DNA of 55,121 nucleotides from an uncultured Verrucomicrobiota bacterium (GTDB taxonomy: Bacteria > Verrucomicrobiota > Verrucomicrobiia > Limisphaerales > UBA8199): assembly GCA_964448135.1 (NCBI GenBank), contig CAYUVH010000013.1, forward strand, positions 1 through 55,121, given 5' to 3'. The notes under the pieces are model-generated. The model searched no databases, was not told the DNA's origin, and saw only the letters and a program-made list of their open reading frames with translations. The translations under genes were made by a program, and so were the position numbers. Shown here piece after piece: positions 1 through 9,467 of the stretch. Each line of letters begins with the position of its first letter. Position 1 is the first letter of the stretch.

Positions 1-114
1 CCCGGGGGGTTTTGTTTTTGGGTGGGGCGCCCCCCGGGCGGTTTTACGGCCCCCCCGGGGTTCCCCACCCCGCGGCGGGGGGCTGCCGCACTCCAAAACC
101 TGGCGGCGGTTTGG

Positions 115-2073
115 ATGGGCGATTTGGTTCGCACGGCCATACTCGCGATGGCGCTTCTGTGCGTGGTCGTTGGCAACGCGGTTGCGTCGGACTCGAAGGC
201 CGTGGTCGCGCAGAAGCAGAAAGAGCAGATTGCGGTGCTGCAGAGCAATGCGTCGCAAGGCGAGAAAGGGCTCGCGTGCAAGCGACTGGCGGTTTACGGC
301 GGCAGCGAGGCAGTGCCGGTGCTGGCGCCGTTGCTGGCGGACAAGGAGCTGGCGTCCTGGGCGCGAATTGCGCTGGAGGCCATTCCAGATTCGTCGGCGG
401 ACAAGGCGTTGCGCAATGCGCTGGACCAGGTCCACGGCAAATTGCTGGTGGGGGTCATCAATTCGATCGGCGTGCGCAAGGACTCCAAGGCGGTGGGGGA
501 TCTCACCAAGAAATTGAAGGACCCGGACATGGAAGTGGCCAGCGCGGCGGCGGAAGCGCTGGGGCACATTGGCGGATCTTCCGCGGCGAAGGCGCTGACC
601 AAGGCATTGCCCGATGCTCCGGCCGGCTTGAAGTCGGCAGTGGCGGAAGGGTGCATTCTTTGCGCGGAAAATTACTGGAAGCAGGGCAAGGCGTCGGACG
701 CGATCAAGTTGTATGACCTGGTCTGCAAGTCGGAGGTTCCGCAACAGCGGATGATTGAAGCTTTGCGGGGTTCGATGCTGGCGCGGGGCGACGCGGGCAT
801 TCCGATGCTGCTCGAGCAATTGCGTTCGACCGATCGCGCCCGTTACGCGCTGGGATTAAGCACCGCCCGGGAATTGCCCGGCAAGAAAACGACGCAGGCG
901 CTGGCCACGGAACTGGAGCGCACGAGCCCGGACCGGCAGGTCTTCCTGTTGATGGCGTTGTCGGACCGGAATGATCCGGCGGTGTGGCCGGTGGTGGTGA
1001 ACAGCCTGCGCAATGGCTCGCCGAAGCTGCGGTTGGCGGCGGTGGATATTCTGGATCGTCGCGGGGATATTTCCGACGTGACCGTGCTGCTCGAAGCCGC
1101 GGCCAGCCCGCAGAAGGAAGTGGCCAATGCCGCGCTCGCTGCCCTGGCGCGTTTGCCGGGCAACGACGTGGACGCGAATCTGCTCGCGCGCTTTGCCGCC
1201 GCGCAGGGATCGACGCGCCGGGCTTTGATCCAGCTGGCCGCGCAACGGAATATGAACCAGGCGCTGCCGCAAATTGTGCAGGCGGCGGGAGATGCGGATG
1301 CGTCCGTGCGCATGGCGGCGGTGCAGGCAATCGGCACTTTGGGTGGCAAGCCGCAGGTGGGCGATCTCGTCCGGTTGTTGCAAGCCACCAAGAGCCCGAA
1401 GGAACGTGAATATATGGAACAGGCGTTGATCAGCGTTTGCGGACGCGGGGGCGCCGCCTGCGCGGCGGATGTGATGCCGCTGTCGCACAGCGATGACGTG
1501 GAATTGCGCATTGTGGCGTTGCACGCGCTCGCCGGCGCGGGCGGCAAGGAGGCGCTGGTGGCAGTGGCGGCGTGCGTGAAGGACAAGGACGAATCCGTGC
1601 GCGACGAGGCGGTGCGGACGCTTTCGACGTGGCCCAACAACTGGCCGGAGGATTCGGCGGTGGCCGAGCCGTTGCTCGTGCTGGCGCGCTCCGGCGAGAA
1701 GCAGTCGCACCAAGTGCTGGGTTTGCGCGGTTACCTGACGTATGTGCAGGGCGACAAGCATTTGAAGGACAAGGAGAAGACGGAAAAGATCGCGGAAGTG
1801 GCCACGTTGATCCAACGGCCCGAGGAGAAGAAGATCGCCATTGGCACCTTGAGCGACGCCATCAATGCGAGCGCGATGGAAATGCTGATTTCCTACACCG
1901 GCCAGCCGGACGCGGTGGAGGACGCCTGCTCGGCGCTGGTCAAGATGGCGAGCAAGAAGACGAGCGGGCTTTCGAAGGAAGAACGCCGCAAAGCGCTGGA
2001 AACAGTCGTCCAACAGACGAAGGACGGCGATACGAAAAAGAGCGCGGAGAAGGCGCTTTCGGAGAAGATGTAG
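115..2073 (+). CDS. Secreted HEAT-repeat protein (PBS-lyase-type HEAT repeats)
   Basis: ORF 22..2073 trimmed to the internal ATG at 115, which begins a signal-peptide-like MGDLVRTAILAMALLCVVVGNAVA. It has many alpha-helical repeats with recurring motifs such as ALGxIG, DxxVR, AAxxAL and GGKEAL, typical of HEAT/PBS-lyase repeat arrays. A long antisense ORF (856..2013) was rejected. Confidence 0.7.
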   Translation: MGDLVRTAILAMALLCVVVGNAVASDSKAVVAQKQKEQIAVLQSNASQGEKGLACKRLAVYGGSEAVPVLAPLLADKELASWARIALEAIPDSSADKALRNALDQVHGKLLVGVINSIGVRKDSKAVGDLTKKLKDPDMEVASAAAEALGHIGGSSAAKALTKALPDAPAGLKSAVAEGCILCAENYWKQGKASDAIKLYDLVCKSEVPQQRMIEALRGSMLARGDAGIPMLLEQLRSTDRARYALGLSTARELPGKKTTQALATELERTSPDRQVFLLMALSDRNDPAVWPVVVNSLRNGSPKLRLAAVDILDRRGDISDVTVLLEAAASPQKEVANAALAALARLPGNDVDANLLARFAAAQGSTRRALIQLAAQRNMNQALPQIVQAAGDADASVRMAAVQAIGTLGGKPQVGDLVRLLQATKSPKEREYMEQALISVCGRGGAACAADVMPLSHSDDVELRIVALHALAGAGGKEALVAVAACVKDKDESVRDEAVRTLSTWPNNWPEDSAVAEPLLVLARSGEKQSHQVLGLRGYLTYVQGDKHLKDKEKTEKIAEVATLIQRPEEKKIAIGTLSDAINASAMEMLISYTGQPDAVEDACSALVKMASKKTSGLSKEERRKALETVVQQTKDGDTKKSAEKALSEKM

Positions 2074-2099
2074 GGCGGAGCGGGACTAATTCGTGTAGG

Positions 2100-2160
2100 A
2101 AGAAGAATTCCCCTCACCCCGGCCCTCTCCGAAGGGGAGAGGGAGGGCGTTTGGACGGCA
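2100..2160. repeat. REP-like intergenic repeat element, copy 1 of 3
   Basis: Shared architecture agaaNaaTCCCCTCA ... CCCTCTCC-N4-9-GGAGAGGGAG-(A/G)GCGTTTGGA(C/T)GG. Also at about 31105-31225 and 51450-51565. All copies are intergenic and contain an internal hairpin ccctctcc/ggagaggg. Confidence 0.7.
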
Positions 2161-2180
2161 CGGGTTGAAGCCGTTTTTTT
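2155..2180 (+). terminator. Putative intrinsic terminator of the HEAT-repeat gene
   Basis: Hairpin acggc-N10-gccgt followed by a run of seven T's on the plus strand about 80 nt after the stop. It sits at the 3' edge of REP-like repeat copy 1. Confidence 0.5.
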
Positions 2181-2234
2181 GGGAAGCACGCTGCTGCGGG
2201 TGGTCGGAAATAATGAGCCTCGTGACCTCGGCTA

Positions 2235-2981
2235 CTACGGAGTGGGGGATTCCTTACGGGCGACCCATTGGATGGACTGGCGCAGGATGCGCTGGAAGTT
2301 GGGGTTCTCGTAGGCGGTGTGGTCGTGGCCGGATTGCAGGTAAACGACGCGCGCGTTTGCGTAGTTCTTGGCCCAAGCGATGACGACGGCGCTTTCGGGT
2401 TCGGTCGTGGTGAGGAGCGGATGGACATCCGCGTAAACATCGAACCAATTGTAAGTCTCATCCACGATCCCGAAATCCTGAATGCCTTTGGTAATGGGAT
2501 GATTGGTATCGGCGACGGAGATGTTGAAGGTCACGCCGTGTTTGTAGGCGGCGCGGAGTTTGTAAACGCCATTAATGTTGGTTTTCGCCAGGTAATAGTG
2601 CGCGCCGATGATGTTGTTGTATTCCGGCCAGGTCTGGTAGTTGGCGATGGCATGATGCAGCACGACGAGGCCTTTGCCTTCCTGCAACCGGGCGACGAAG
2701 TTTGATTTCGTTTCGTCCGAGATGGGTTGATACAGGTCGTAGAGGACGAGGACATCCCAGTCCTTCGCGGCATCGGCGCTGAGGAGCGCCTGGGCGTTGG
2801 GATGTTCGGCGGCCTTGAAGGTAATGTCGGGGTTGTCCTGGAAAAGTTTGAAGAACGGTTCTTTCTCGAAGCCGTGGCCGCCGGTGAAGATGAGCACGCG
2901 GGTTTTGCCGGCGGTTTCGGCGGCGGAGGCAACAGCGAACGTGGCGGCGGCGAATAGAAGGAAGAGAAACAGCTTCTTCAT
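2235..2981 (-). CDS. Secreted ThuA-like (trehalose-utilisation / class I glutamine-amidotransferase-like fold) protein
   Basis: 248 aa with an N-terminal signal peptide MKKLFLFLLFAAATFAVASA. Motifs RVLIFTGGHGF, VVLHHA and HPITKG ... DETY fit my recollection of the ThuA family. Confidence 0.6.
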   Translation of the reverse strand: MKKLFLFLLFAAATFAVASAAETAGKTRVLIFTGGHGFEKEPFFKLFQDNPDITFKAAEHPNAQALLSADAAKDWDVLVLYDLYQPISDETKSNFVARLQEGKGLVVLHHAIANYQTWPEYNNIIGAHYYLAKTNINGVYKLRAAYKHGVTFNISVADTNHPITKGIQDFGIVDETYNWFDVYADVHPLLTTTEPESAVVIAWAKNYANARVVYLQSGHDHTAYENPNFQRILRQSIQWVARKESPTP

Positions 2982-3017
2982 AGTGGCTTTTTAACACTGT
3001 CAACCGACGGTCACCAT

Positions 3018-3506
3018 TCAATTCTCGCGGAGCAGGTTTTGAAGATCGAGCGGCTGGGTGATCATGGCGAGTTCGCCGGCAGGCGTGCGGGGCCATTGGG
3101 ACTCGGGGCGGTCGAAGTAGAGTTCGACACCGTTTTGGTCCGGGTCGCGGAGGTAGAGCGCTTCACTGACGCCGTGATCGGAAGCGCCGTCGAGATCGAT
3201 GCCGGCCGCGAGAAGGCGGCGGAGGGCATCGGCCAGTTCGCCGCGCGTGGGATAGAGAATCGCGAGATGAAACAGGCCGGTGTGGCCGGGCGGCGGCGGC
3301 GTGCTGCCCAGACTCTCCCAGTTGTTCAGGCCGATGTGATGATGATATCCGCCGGCGGAGAGGAACGCGGCCTGTCGGCCGAGGCGTTGCGTGATGGCAA
3401 AGCCAAGGACGCCGTGGTAGAAGGCAATCGCGCGATCGAGGTCGGACACTTTGAGGTGAACGTGGCCGATGCGGGTGGCCGGATGGATGGGGCGAGGCGC
3501 GCTCAT
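3018..3506 (-). CDS. VOC/glyoxalase-bleomycin resistance-dioxygenase superfamily protein
   Basis: ORF 3018..3722 trimmed to the internal ATG (MSAPRPIH...) at 3506. IGHVHLKVSDLDRAIAFYHGVLGF is a typical VOC beta-alpha-beta-beta-beta module start, and a second half-module follows. Confidence 0.7.
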   Translation of the reverse strand: MSAPRPIHPATRIGHVHLKVSDLDRAIAFYHGVLGFAITQRLGRQAAFLSAGGYHHHIGLNNWESLGSTPPPPGHTGLFHLAILYPTRGELADALRRLLAAGIDLDGASDHGVSEALYLRDPDQNGVELYFDRPESQWPRTPAGELAMITQPLDLQNLLREN

Positions 3507-3588
3507 ACGGCGGTTGTAACATTCTGGTGTACGGAATGCATTCGCTTTTTGGGCGAGCGGTCGTAAATTCGGGCGAACTCGCTCAACC

Positions 3589-4107
3589 ATGTCGGACGCC
3601 TTTTTCAACATTACCTTCACGCCGTCGGTCTTGAAGGCACAGCAGGAATACAATGGTCGGGCAGGCGAGCGGCCGATGCAAATCGCGCCGGTACATCTGA
3701 ACGAGGAAGAGATGGCCTTCATCGAGGACCGCGACAGTTTCTATATGGCCACGGTTACCGAGACGGGCTGGCCGTACATGCAGCACCGCGGCGGGCCACG
3801 CGGGTTTCTGCGCGTGCTGGATGACCAGACGCTGGCCTTCGCGGATTTTCGCGGCAACAGGCAGTTGATCAGCGTGGGGAACCTGGCGGTCAATGACCGC
3901 GTCGCGCTGTTCCTGATGGATTACGTTCGCCGCGAACGCTTGAAGATTCTGGGGCACGCGAAGGTGGTGGATGCGCGGAAGGATACGGAACTGGTCAAAC
4001 GCGTGGCCATGCCGGAGTATCCGGGCAAAATCGAACGCGTGTTTGTGATCCAGGTGGTCGCGACGGACTGGAATTGCCCGCAACACATCACGCCGCGAAC
4101 ACATTAA
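3589..4107 (+). CDS. Pyridoxamine 5'-phosphate oxidase-like FMN-binding split-barrel protein
   Basis: 172 aa whose pattern (FYMATVTETGWPYMQHRGGPRGF ... ADFRGNRQLISVGNL) resembles PNPOx-like split-barrel proteins. Family assignment is from memory only. Confidence 0.55.
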   Translation: MSDAFFNITFTPSVLKAQQEYNGRAGERPMQIAPVHLNEEEMAFIEDRDSFYMATVTETGWPYMQHRGGPRGFLRVLDDQTLAFADFRGNRQLISVGNLAVNDRVALFLMDYVRRERLKILGHAKVVDARKDTELVKRVAMPEYPGKIERVFVIQVVATDWNCPQHITPRTH

Positions 4108-4122
4108 CTTGAATTTGTTTTT

Positions 4123-7100
4123 ATGAGACTTCGTTGTTTGGTCAGCGTAAGTTGCTGGCTGGCTTGTACTTCCGTGTTGCACGCCGGGGAAAAGTCCGTC
4201 CCGCCGGTTTCGGCATTTTTTTTGCCAGCCGTTCCCGGTGATTATCATTTGCAGGCGTACGATGATTGCGGCGTGGAGGGCCGGCAACCGCATGTGCCGC
4301 TGAACAACCGTTATACGTTCACGACAGGAGCAGTCACAGCGGATGAGGAGGCGAGATCGGTGACATATGGGACGCCGAATTTTGAGATGCGGTTCGAGCA
4401 TTTGTCGAACGGCGTGCCGTACGTGGTGACGGTGATCTACGCCAGCGAGCAGAACAACCGGCGCGTGCAAAGTCTAGCTGCCGGCGGAACGGAACTGCAT
4501 GGACCGCGCACATTGCCGGACGGGAAGGCGGAGAAGCTGATTTTTCGGGTGCCAGAAGAAGCGATTACGAATGGCTCGCTGACGTTGAGTTTCAAACTGA
4601 AGGAGGGGCCGAACGCGGTGGTATCCGCCGTCGAACTTTGGGCGCCGTTGCCGTCGCCGAAGGCGGTCCATCTGGGTTTGTCGCCGCAACTATCCGGTGT
4701 GCTGGAGGGCACGGTGTCGGATTTGCATTTCGACGGACTGGCGCAGGCGCAAGTGGTGCTGAAGGACCGGGAGGTTGCGCTGGGGATTTTGAAGACGGGT
4801 CCGGACGGCGTCTTTCGCGCCGAACTGGCAGAGTTTGTGAAACCGGGAGCGACCGGCGTAGTGCAAGTCGTGGCGCAGCATGGCGGGCTCACGGCCACTG
4901 GGGCGGTGCCGTGGTCGAGCCTCTATTTTGAGGAACCGCGGTTTCGCCCAATCGCGGCGAAGGTTTCGGGATTGCGACAAACGCAGATGCTGCTGGATGG
5001 AACCTGGCGATTCAATCCACAGGCGCCGGAGCATTTTCCGGCGACAGCCATGGCGAGCGCGGGCTGGACGAATCTGCTGGTGCCGGGTCAGTGGCAGCAA
5101 CAGGGGTTTGATATTCCGCAGGACCGGACGGTGGCGCTGGGCCGGTCCTTCGAGATTCCGAAGTCGTGGAAGGGGCAGCGAATCTTTTTGCGGTTCGAAG
5201 CCGTCCACGGCGGCGCGCATTACTGGGTGAATGGGCGTGCGCTGGGTTACAGCGAAAATCTCATGACGCCAGTGGAATTTGATGTGACGGATTTCGTGAA
5301 TTGGGAGAAGGCGAATGAACTGGCGATGACGATGAAGGTGGCCACTCCTTCCGAGGCGGCTTCCTACACGTGCGGGTATGCGTTTCACAATCTTGGGGGG
5401 ATTGACCGCTCGGTGCGGTTATTCGCGCTGCCGCCGACGCACCTGTCACGATTTCACTACGAGACGGATTTGGATTCGGCGTATAAGGACGCGACGTTGG
5501 GTTTGAATTTCTCGGTGGCAAATCGTTCGGCTCAAGCGGCGACTGGTTTGTCGTTGCGTATCAAGCTGAAGGATCCGGCGGGGAAATCCGTTGCGTTGGC
5601 TACGAATGAGATGGTTCTCGCCTCCGTGCCGTCGGGCGAAAAGAGTTTCTCCTGGAAATTACCGGTGGCGGAGCCTGAGAAATGGAGCGCGGAGAAACCC
5701 AAATTGTATGAACTGACCGCAGACCTTTATGCGGGCAAGACCTTGTTGGAGCAAATCCGGCAGAGCGTCGGCTTCCGCAAGGTTGAGGTTCGCGATCGCC
5801 AATTGTGGGTAAATGGCGCGCGGGTGAAACTGGCGGGCGCCAATCGTCATGAGATCGATCCGCTGACCGGCCGGGCGGCGACGGCGCGGCACGCCGAAGA
5901 GGATGCGCGACTGTTGCGCGGCGCGAATTTCAATTACATCCGGACATCGCATTATCCGCCGACGCGGGAGTTTCTGGATGCGTGCGACCGGCAGGGCATA
6001 TACCTGGAATGCGAAGCACCGTTTTGCTGGACGCGCGGGCGCGGGGAAGACGAACAGCAATTGGCCCGGCAGTTTATGACACCGACGGCGGCGATGCTGG
6101 AGTTCAATCGCGACCATCCCTCCATCATCATCTGGTCGCTCGCGAATGAATCGGGGGAGACGCCGGGCGGGAGTAACAAACTGGCGGCGAATTTTGCCTC
6201 CAACGCGGAGTATTGCCGCCAGATGGATCCGTCGCGCCCGAAAGTGTTCAACAACGAATGGGCGCGGGATGGCGGCGCGTGCGATATGGCGGTGCTGCAT
6301 TACCCGCCGATTCCCCCGGACCCTTATCCCTACGTGACCAACGAGACGCGACCGATCCTCATTGATGAATATTTTCCGCCGCAGACTTTTACCTTCGCCG
6401 ATGAACTGAAGATCAATCCCGGTCTCGACATCGTGAACTGGTCCACGGGACAGAACGGGACGAACTCGTGGTGGAGCCAGATCTATGAATCGAAGTCAGT
6501 GGTGGGCGGAGCGATTTGGGCGGGCATAGATGAGGAGTTCTATTTTCCGGACGGGACGACGCGTGGCTACGGCGTGTGGGGATTTGTGGACGTGTGGCGG
6601 CGGAAGAAGAGCCTGTGGTGGGACTCCAAGCTGATTCATTCGCCGGTCTTCATTCCGACGCGGAAGCTGGGGCTCGAAACCGGGCAGAAAGTCGTGCGCG
6701 TGCCGGTGCAAAATCGCCATTCGTTTACTGATCTAAAGGAACTGCGTTGCGAGTGGTCGCTGGCGGGGAAACGCGGGCGCGTGACCTGCGGTGTCGGGCC
6801 AGGCACGCGAGGAGAAATCGAAGTGCCGGTGCCGCGGGGCACGACGAATGGCGCACTGCTGGCGCTGCGGTTTTATGACGCGAGCGGTGATTTGGTTTCG
6901 GCGGCCGGGGTGACTTTGGGTACGCCGCCGGTGGTGCGTGTGGCGCAGCCGGAGGCCGGTTGTCCGGAGTGGACACAGGATGACAAGAGCATCCGCGTTC
7001 AGGCGGGAAAGATGACTCTGGTGGTGGAGAAGGCGACGGGGCGGGTGACGGGCACGACGAGCTTGAAGCAATTTCCGACCGTGTTTGCGGCGAGGCGCGA

Positions 7101-7734
7101 GGACAAGAATGTTTTCAATCCCGGCGGCGTGGCTTACGCGCAGTTTCCGGATGAAGCCACGCGGGTAATCGAATCAGTGACGGCCAGCCGGAAGGGCGAG
7201 GCGCTGGCGATTGTTGTGCGGGACCACTATCGGGATTTCAAGGGCGAGGTGGAGATGATGATCGATCGCACGGGGCAGTGCACGGTGTCATTCAAATACG
7301 ATTACAGCGGGACGAACTTCAATCCGTGTGAATTGGGGTTGCGATTTGTGGTGGATGGAAAATGCGACAAGGTTTCGTGGCGGCGGCAAACGGAGTGGGA
7401 TGTTTATCCGGAGGATCACATCGGGCGGCCAACGGGCGTGGCGGCCGCGCGCGGAAGCAAGGTGAAGTTCGCGGTGGCGCCGAGCTGGCCGTGGCAGTTG
7501 GACGAGACGGAATTGGGCAGCCGGGACTTTAGGGCGACGAAGTACAATATTTTTGAGACCGAGTTGCGCAGTACGGCGGGCGGCGGGATTCGGGTGGAGG
7601 CCGCGGGGGACAGGAATGCGAGGGCGTGCGTGATGAAGGATGGGGTTTTCTTTTACACGCTGGTTGCGCCGCCGCCGGAGAAGATAAAGAAGGGCGAGAC
7701 GCTGGTGGGCAGTTTTGTGGTGAAGTTTCCATGA
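4123..7734 (+). CDS. Glycoside hydrolase family 2 (beta-galactosidase/mannosidase-like), secreted, multidomain
   Basis: 1203 aa with signal peptide MRLRCLVSVSCWLACTSVLHA. GH2 TIM-barrel signatures NFNYIRTSHYPP (compare LacZ NAVRCSHYP) and IIIWSLANESG (the acid/base Glu region; compare LacZ IIWSLGNESG). Extra N- and C-terminal beta-sandwich-like regions. Confidence 0.8.
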   Translation: MRLRCLVSVSCWLACTSVLHAGEKSVPPVSAFFLPAVPGDYHLQAYDDCGVEGRQPHVPLNNRYTFTTGAVTADEEARSVTYGTPNFEMRFEHLSNGVPYVVTVIYASEQNNRRVQSLAAGGTELHGPRTLPDGKAEKLIFRVPEEAITNGSLTLSFKLKEGPNAVVSAVELWAPLPSPKAVHLGLSPQLSGVLEGTVSDLHFDGLAQAQVVLKDREVALGILKTGPDGVFRAELAEFVKPGATGVVQVVAQHGGLTATGAVPWSSLYFEEPRFRPIAAKVSGLRQTQMLLDGTWRFNPQAPEHFPATAMASAGWTNLLVPGQWQQQGFDIPQDRTVALGRSFEIPKSWKGQRIFLRFEAVHGGAHYWVNGRALGYSENLMTPVEFDVTDFVNWEKANELAMTMKVATPSEAASYTCGYAFHNLGGIDRSVRLFALPPTHLSRFHYETDLDSAYKDATLGLNFSVANRSAQAATGLSLRIKLKDPAGKSVALATNEMVLASVPSGEKSFSWKLPVAEPEKWSAEKPKLYELTADLYAGKTLLEQIRQSVGFRKVEVRDRQLWVNGARVKLAGANRHEIDPLTGRAATARHAEEDARLLRGANFNYIRTSHYPPTREFLDACDRQGIYLECEAPFCWTRGRGEDEQQLARQFMTPTAAMLEFNRDHPSIIIWSLANESGETPGGSNKLAANFASNAEYCRQMDPSRPKVFNNEWARDGGACDMAVLHYPPIPPDPYPYVTNETRPILIDEYFPPQTFTFADELKINPGLDIVNWSTGQNGTNSWWSQIYESKSVVGGAIWAGIDEEFYFPDGTTRGYGVWGFVDVWRRKKSLWWDSKLIHSPVFIPTRKLGLETGQKVVRVPVQNRHSFTDLKELRCEWSLAGKRGRVTCGVGPGTRGEIEVPVPRGTTNGALLALRFYDASGDLVSAAGVTLGTPPVVRVAQPEAGCPEWTQDDKSIRVQAGKMTLVVEKATGRVTGTTSLKQFPTVFAARREDKNVFNPGGVAYAQFPDEATRVIESVTASRKGEALAIVVRDHYRDFKGEVEMMIDRTGQCTVSFKYDYSGTNFNPCELGLRFVVDGKCDKVSWRRQTEWDVYPEDHIGRPTGVAAARGSKVKFAVAPSWPWQLDETELGSRDFRATKYNIFETELRSTAGGGIRVEAAGDRNARACVMKDGVFFYTLVAPPPEKIKKGETLVGSFVVKFP

Positions 7735-8270
7735 ACGAGATCGACGTCATTCGCGACTTCTCCGGGAAATTTGACCTGGCGGGCATTCAATTCATGCTTA
7801 CCGGGTCGATGGCGATGAATTATTACGCGGTGTCGAGAATGACTCGCGACATTGATGTCGTGGTTGCCATTGGAGCCGCGGAGGCACCAAGCATCTCCCG
7901 CTTATTCGCCACTGAATACTATGTAAGCGAGGAGGCCGTTCGAGAGGCGGTACTACACGAATCCATGTTCAATTTGATTCACCTGGCGAGTGTGATCAAG
8001 GTGGACTGCATTGTCAGAAAGGATACCGAATATCGGCGGGCCGAATTCCAGCGGCGGCAACGGATCATGCTCCGGGATTTTCCGACCTGGATCACCAGCA
8101 AAGAAGACCTCATTATCTCGAAGTTGTTTTGGGCGAAGGACTCGCACTCGGAGTTGCAACTGCGGGACGTCAAGAACCTGCTTGCCGCCGGCTTCGACGT
8201 CGCGTACGTGGACAAATGGACAAAGCTGCTGGGCGTGGATAAATTACTCAAGGAATGCCTGCATGACTGA
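7731..8270 (+). CDS. Pol-beta-superfamily nucleotidyltransferase-fold protein (minimal NTase-like)
   Basis: Its start ATG overlaps the GH2 stop (ATGA at 7731-7734). The GS-x15-DxD pattern (GSMAMNYYAVSRMTRDIDVVV) matches the NTase-fold signature. 179 aa. Confidence 0.5.
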   Translation: MNEIDVIRDFSGKFDLAGIQFMLTGSMAMNYYAVSRMTRDIDVVVAIGAAEAPSISRLFATEYYVSEEAVREAVLHESMFNLIHLASVIKVDCIVRKDTEYRRAEFQRRQRIMLRDFPTWITSKEDLIISKLFWAKDSHSELQLRDVKNLLAAGFDVAYVDKWTKLLGVDKLLKECLHD

Positions 8271-8481
8271 CACTCCTCCTCAAATTGAGAAATTGGTGCG
8301 CGAACTGATCATGGCGCGGTCGGGGGAAGAGCGGATGATCATGGGCTCGCAAATGTTCGATGCGGCCGTGGAGATGATCCGTTCGTCGCTGCCGCCAGGA
8401 TTATCCGAGCGGGAACAGAGGCGGCGGATATTTCTGCGCCTCTATAACGACACGGAACTCGCCGACAAAGCAGGGCTCTGA
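8263..8481 (+). CDS. Small hypothetical protein (72 aa), translationally coupled to the NTase-like gene
   Basis: ATG at 8263 overlaps the upstream stop at 8268-8270. Helical, charged sequence. I recognise no family. Confidence 0.35.
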   Translation: MTDTPPQIEKLVRELIMARSGEERMIMGSQMFDAAVEMIRSSLPPGLSEREQRRRIFLRLYNDTELADKAGL

Positions 8482-8487
8482 GCCGGC

Positions 8488-9375
8488 TTATTTCACCGGC
8501 CTATTTTCTGATTTCTCTCCCAGGAATTCGAGCAGTACGAGATTGAAGGGTTGGGGGCATTCGAATTGGGCGTCGTGGCCGCAGTTGGGGATGAGGTGCA
8601 ATTTGGCGCCGGGGATTTCGCGGGCGAAGCGCTGGCCGTTGGGAGGGGGGATTAGTTTGTCCTGCTCGCCCCACACGATGAGCGTGGGCATTTTCAGCGC
8701 GCCGAGGCGGCCGTCGAGGGCGTCTTCGTTTCGTTTCGCGGATTCGAGGAAGCGAGCGATGGTGTAGCCGTCGTTGCGCACGACGCGGGCTTGCAGGATT
8801 TCGCCGGCCAGGACCGGGCTGTCGGCGAGTTTGGGGTCGGCGAAAACGTAGTGCAGGACTTCCCGGGCTTCGGCGAGGGTGGCGGGGTTCAGGCAGGCGG
8901 GGAGTTTTTGATCGGCGAAGCCGGCGCTGTCCACGAGCACCAAGCGCTCGACGCGTTGCGGTTGTTCGAGCGCGACGAGGGCGACGGTCCAGCCGCCGAG
9001 GGAATTGCCGACGAGGGTGGCACGCTCGATTTTCAGGGCATCGAGAAAGCCGGTTAGAAAATCGGTGAAGGTTTGCGGGCGATAGTTGAGCAGGGGTTTG
9101 TCGGAGCTGCCGTGGCCGATGAGGTCGGGAGCGAGGACGCGGTAGTTTTTGGAAAGAGCGTCGAGACTCGTCTGCCAGGTGTGGGCGTCGTCGGCGAGGC
9201 CGTGGACGAGGACGACGACGGGGCCCTGGCCGCGTTCGAGATAATGGATGCGGGCGCCGTGGACGGTGATGAAATGGTCGTTGGTGTCGGCGTGGAGGGG
9301 GCCGCAGGCGAGGAGGATGAACAGGGCGATCCGGGGCAGAGAGGGATGAACGCAGGAGAATGGATTCTTTGTCAT
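8488..9375 (-). CDS. Alpha/beta-hydrolase fold protein, secreted
   Basis: 295 aa with a signal peptide. It has an HGxxDDAHTW oxyanion region and the nucleophile elbow GNSLGG, a classic alpha/beta-hydrolase. Confidence 0.8.
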   Translation of the reverse strand: MTKNPFSCVHPSLPRIALFILLACGPLHADTNDHFITVHGARIHYLERGQGPVVVLVHGLADDAHTWQTSLDALSKNYRVLAPDLIGHGSSDKPLLNYRPQTFTDFLTGFLDALKIERATLVGNSLGGWTVALVALEQPQRVERLVLVDSAGFADQKLPACLNPATLAEAREVLHYVFADPKLADSPVLAGEILQARVVRNDGYTIARFLESAKRNEDALDGRLGALKMPTLIVWGEQDKLIPPPNGQRFAREIPGAKLHLIPNCGHDAQFECPQPFNLVLLEFLGEKSENRPVK

Positions 9376-9442
9376 CTGGGTGCTTCGATTATCACTCCGG
9401 CCGGGAAAAGTGCAATGGTGGTAATCGTCGTGTGGGAACCTC

Positions 9443-9467
9443 GGAGTTTTCTGGCATCCCTTCGGGA
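9443..9467 (+). terminator. Hairpin plus T-tract (terminator-like) on the plus strand inside the minus-strand intergenic region
   Basis: gcatcccttcgggatgc (7-bp stem, UUCG-type loop) followed immediately by aatttttta. Both flanking genes are on the minus strand. Confidence 0.35.

Noticed and set aside
856-2013. 385-aa minus-strand ORF and other overlapping ORFs (12..716, 170..517, 704..1330, 843..1640)
   Set aside because: They are antisense to, or out of frame with, the HEAT-repeat gene. Arg/Pro/Ala-rich low-complexity translations.
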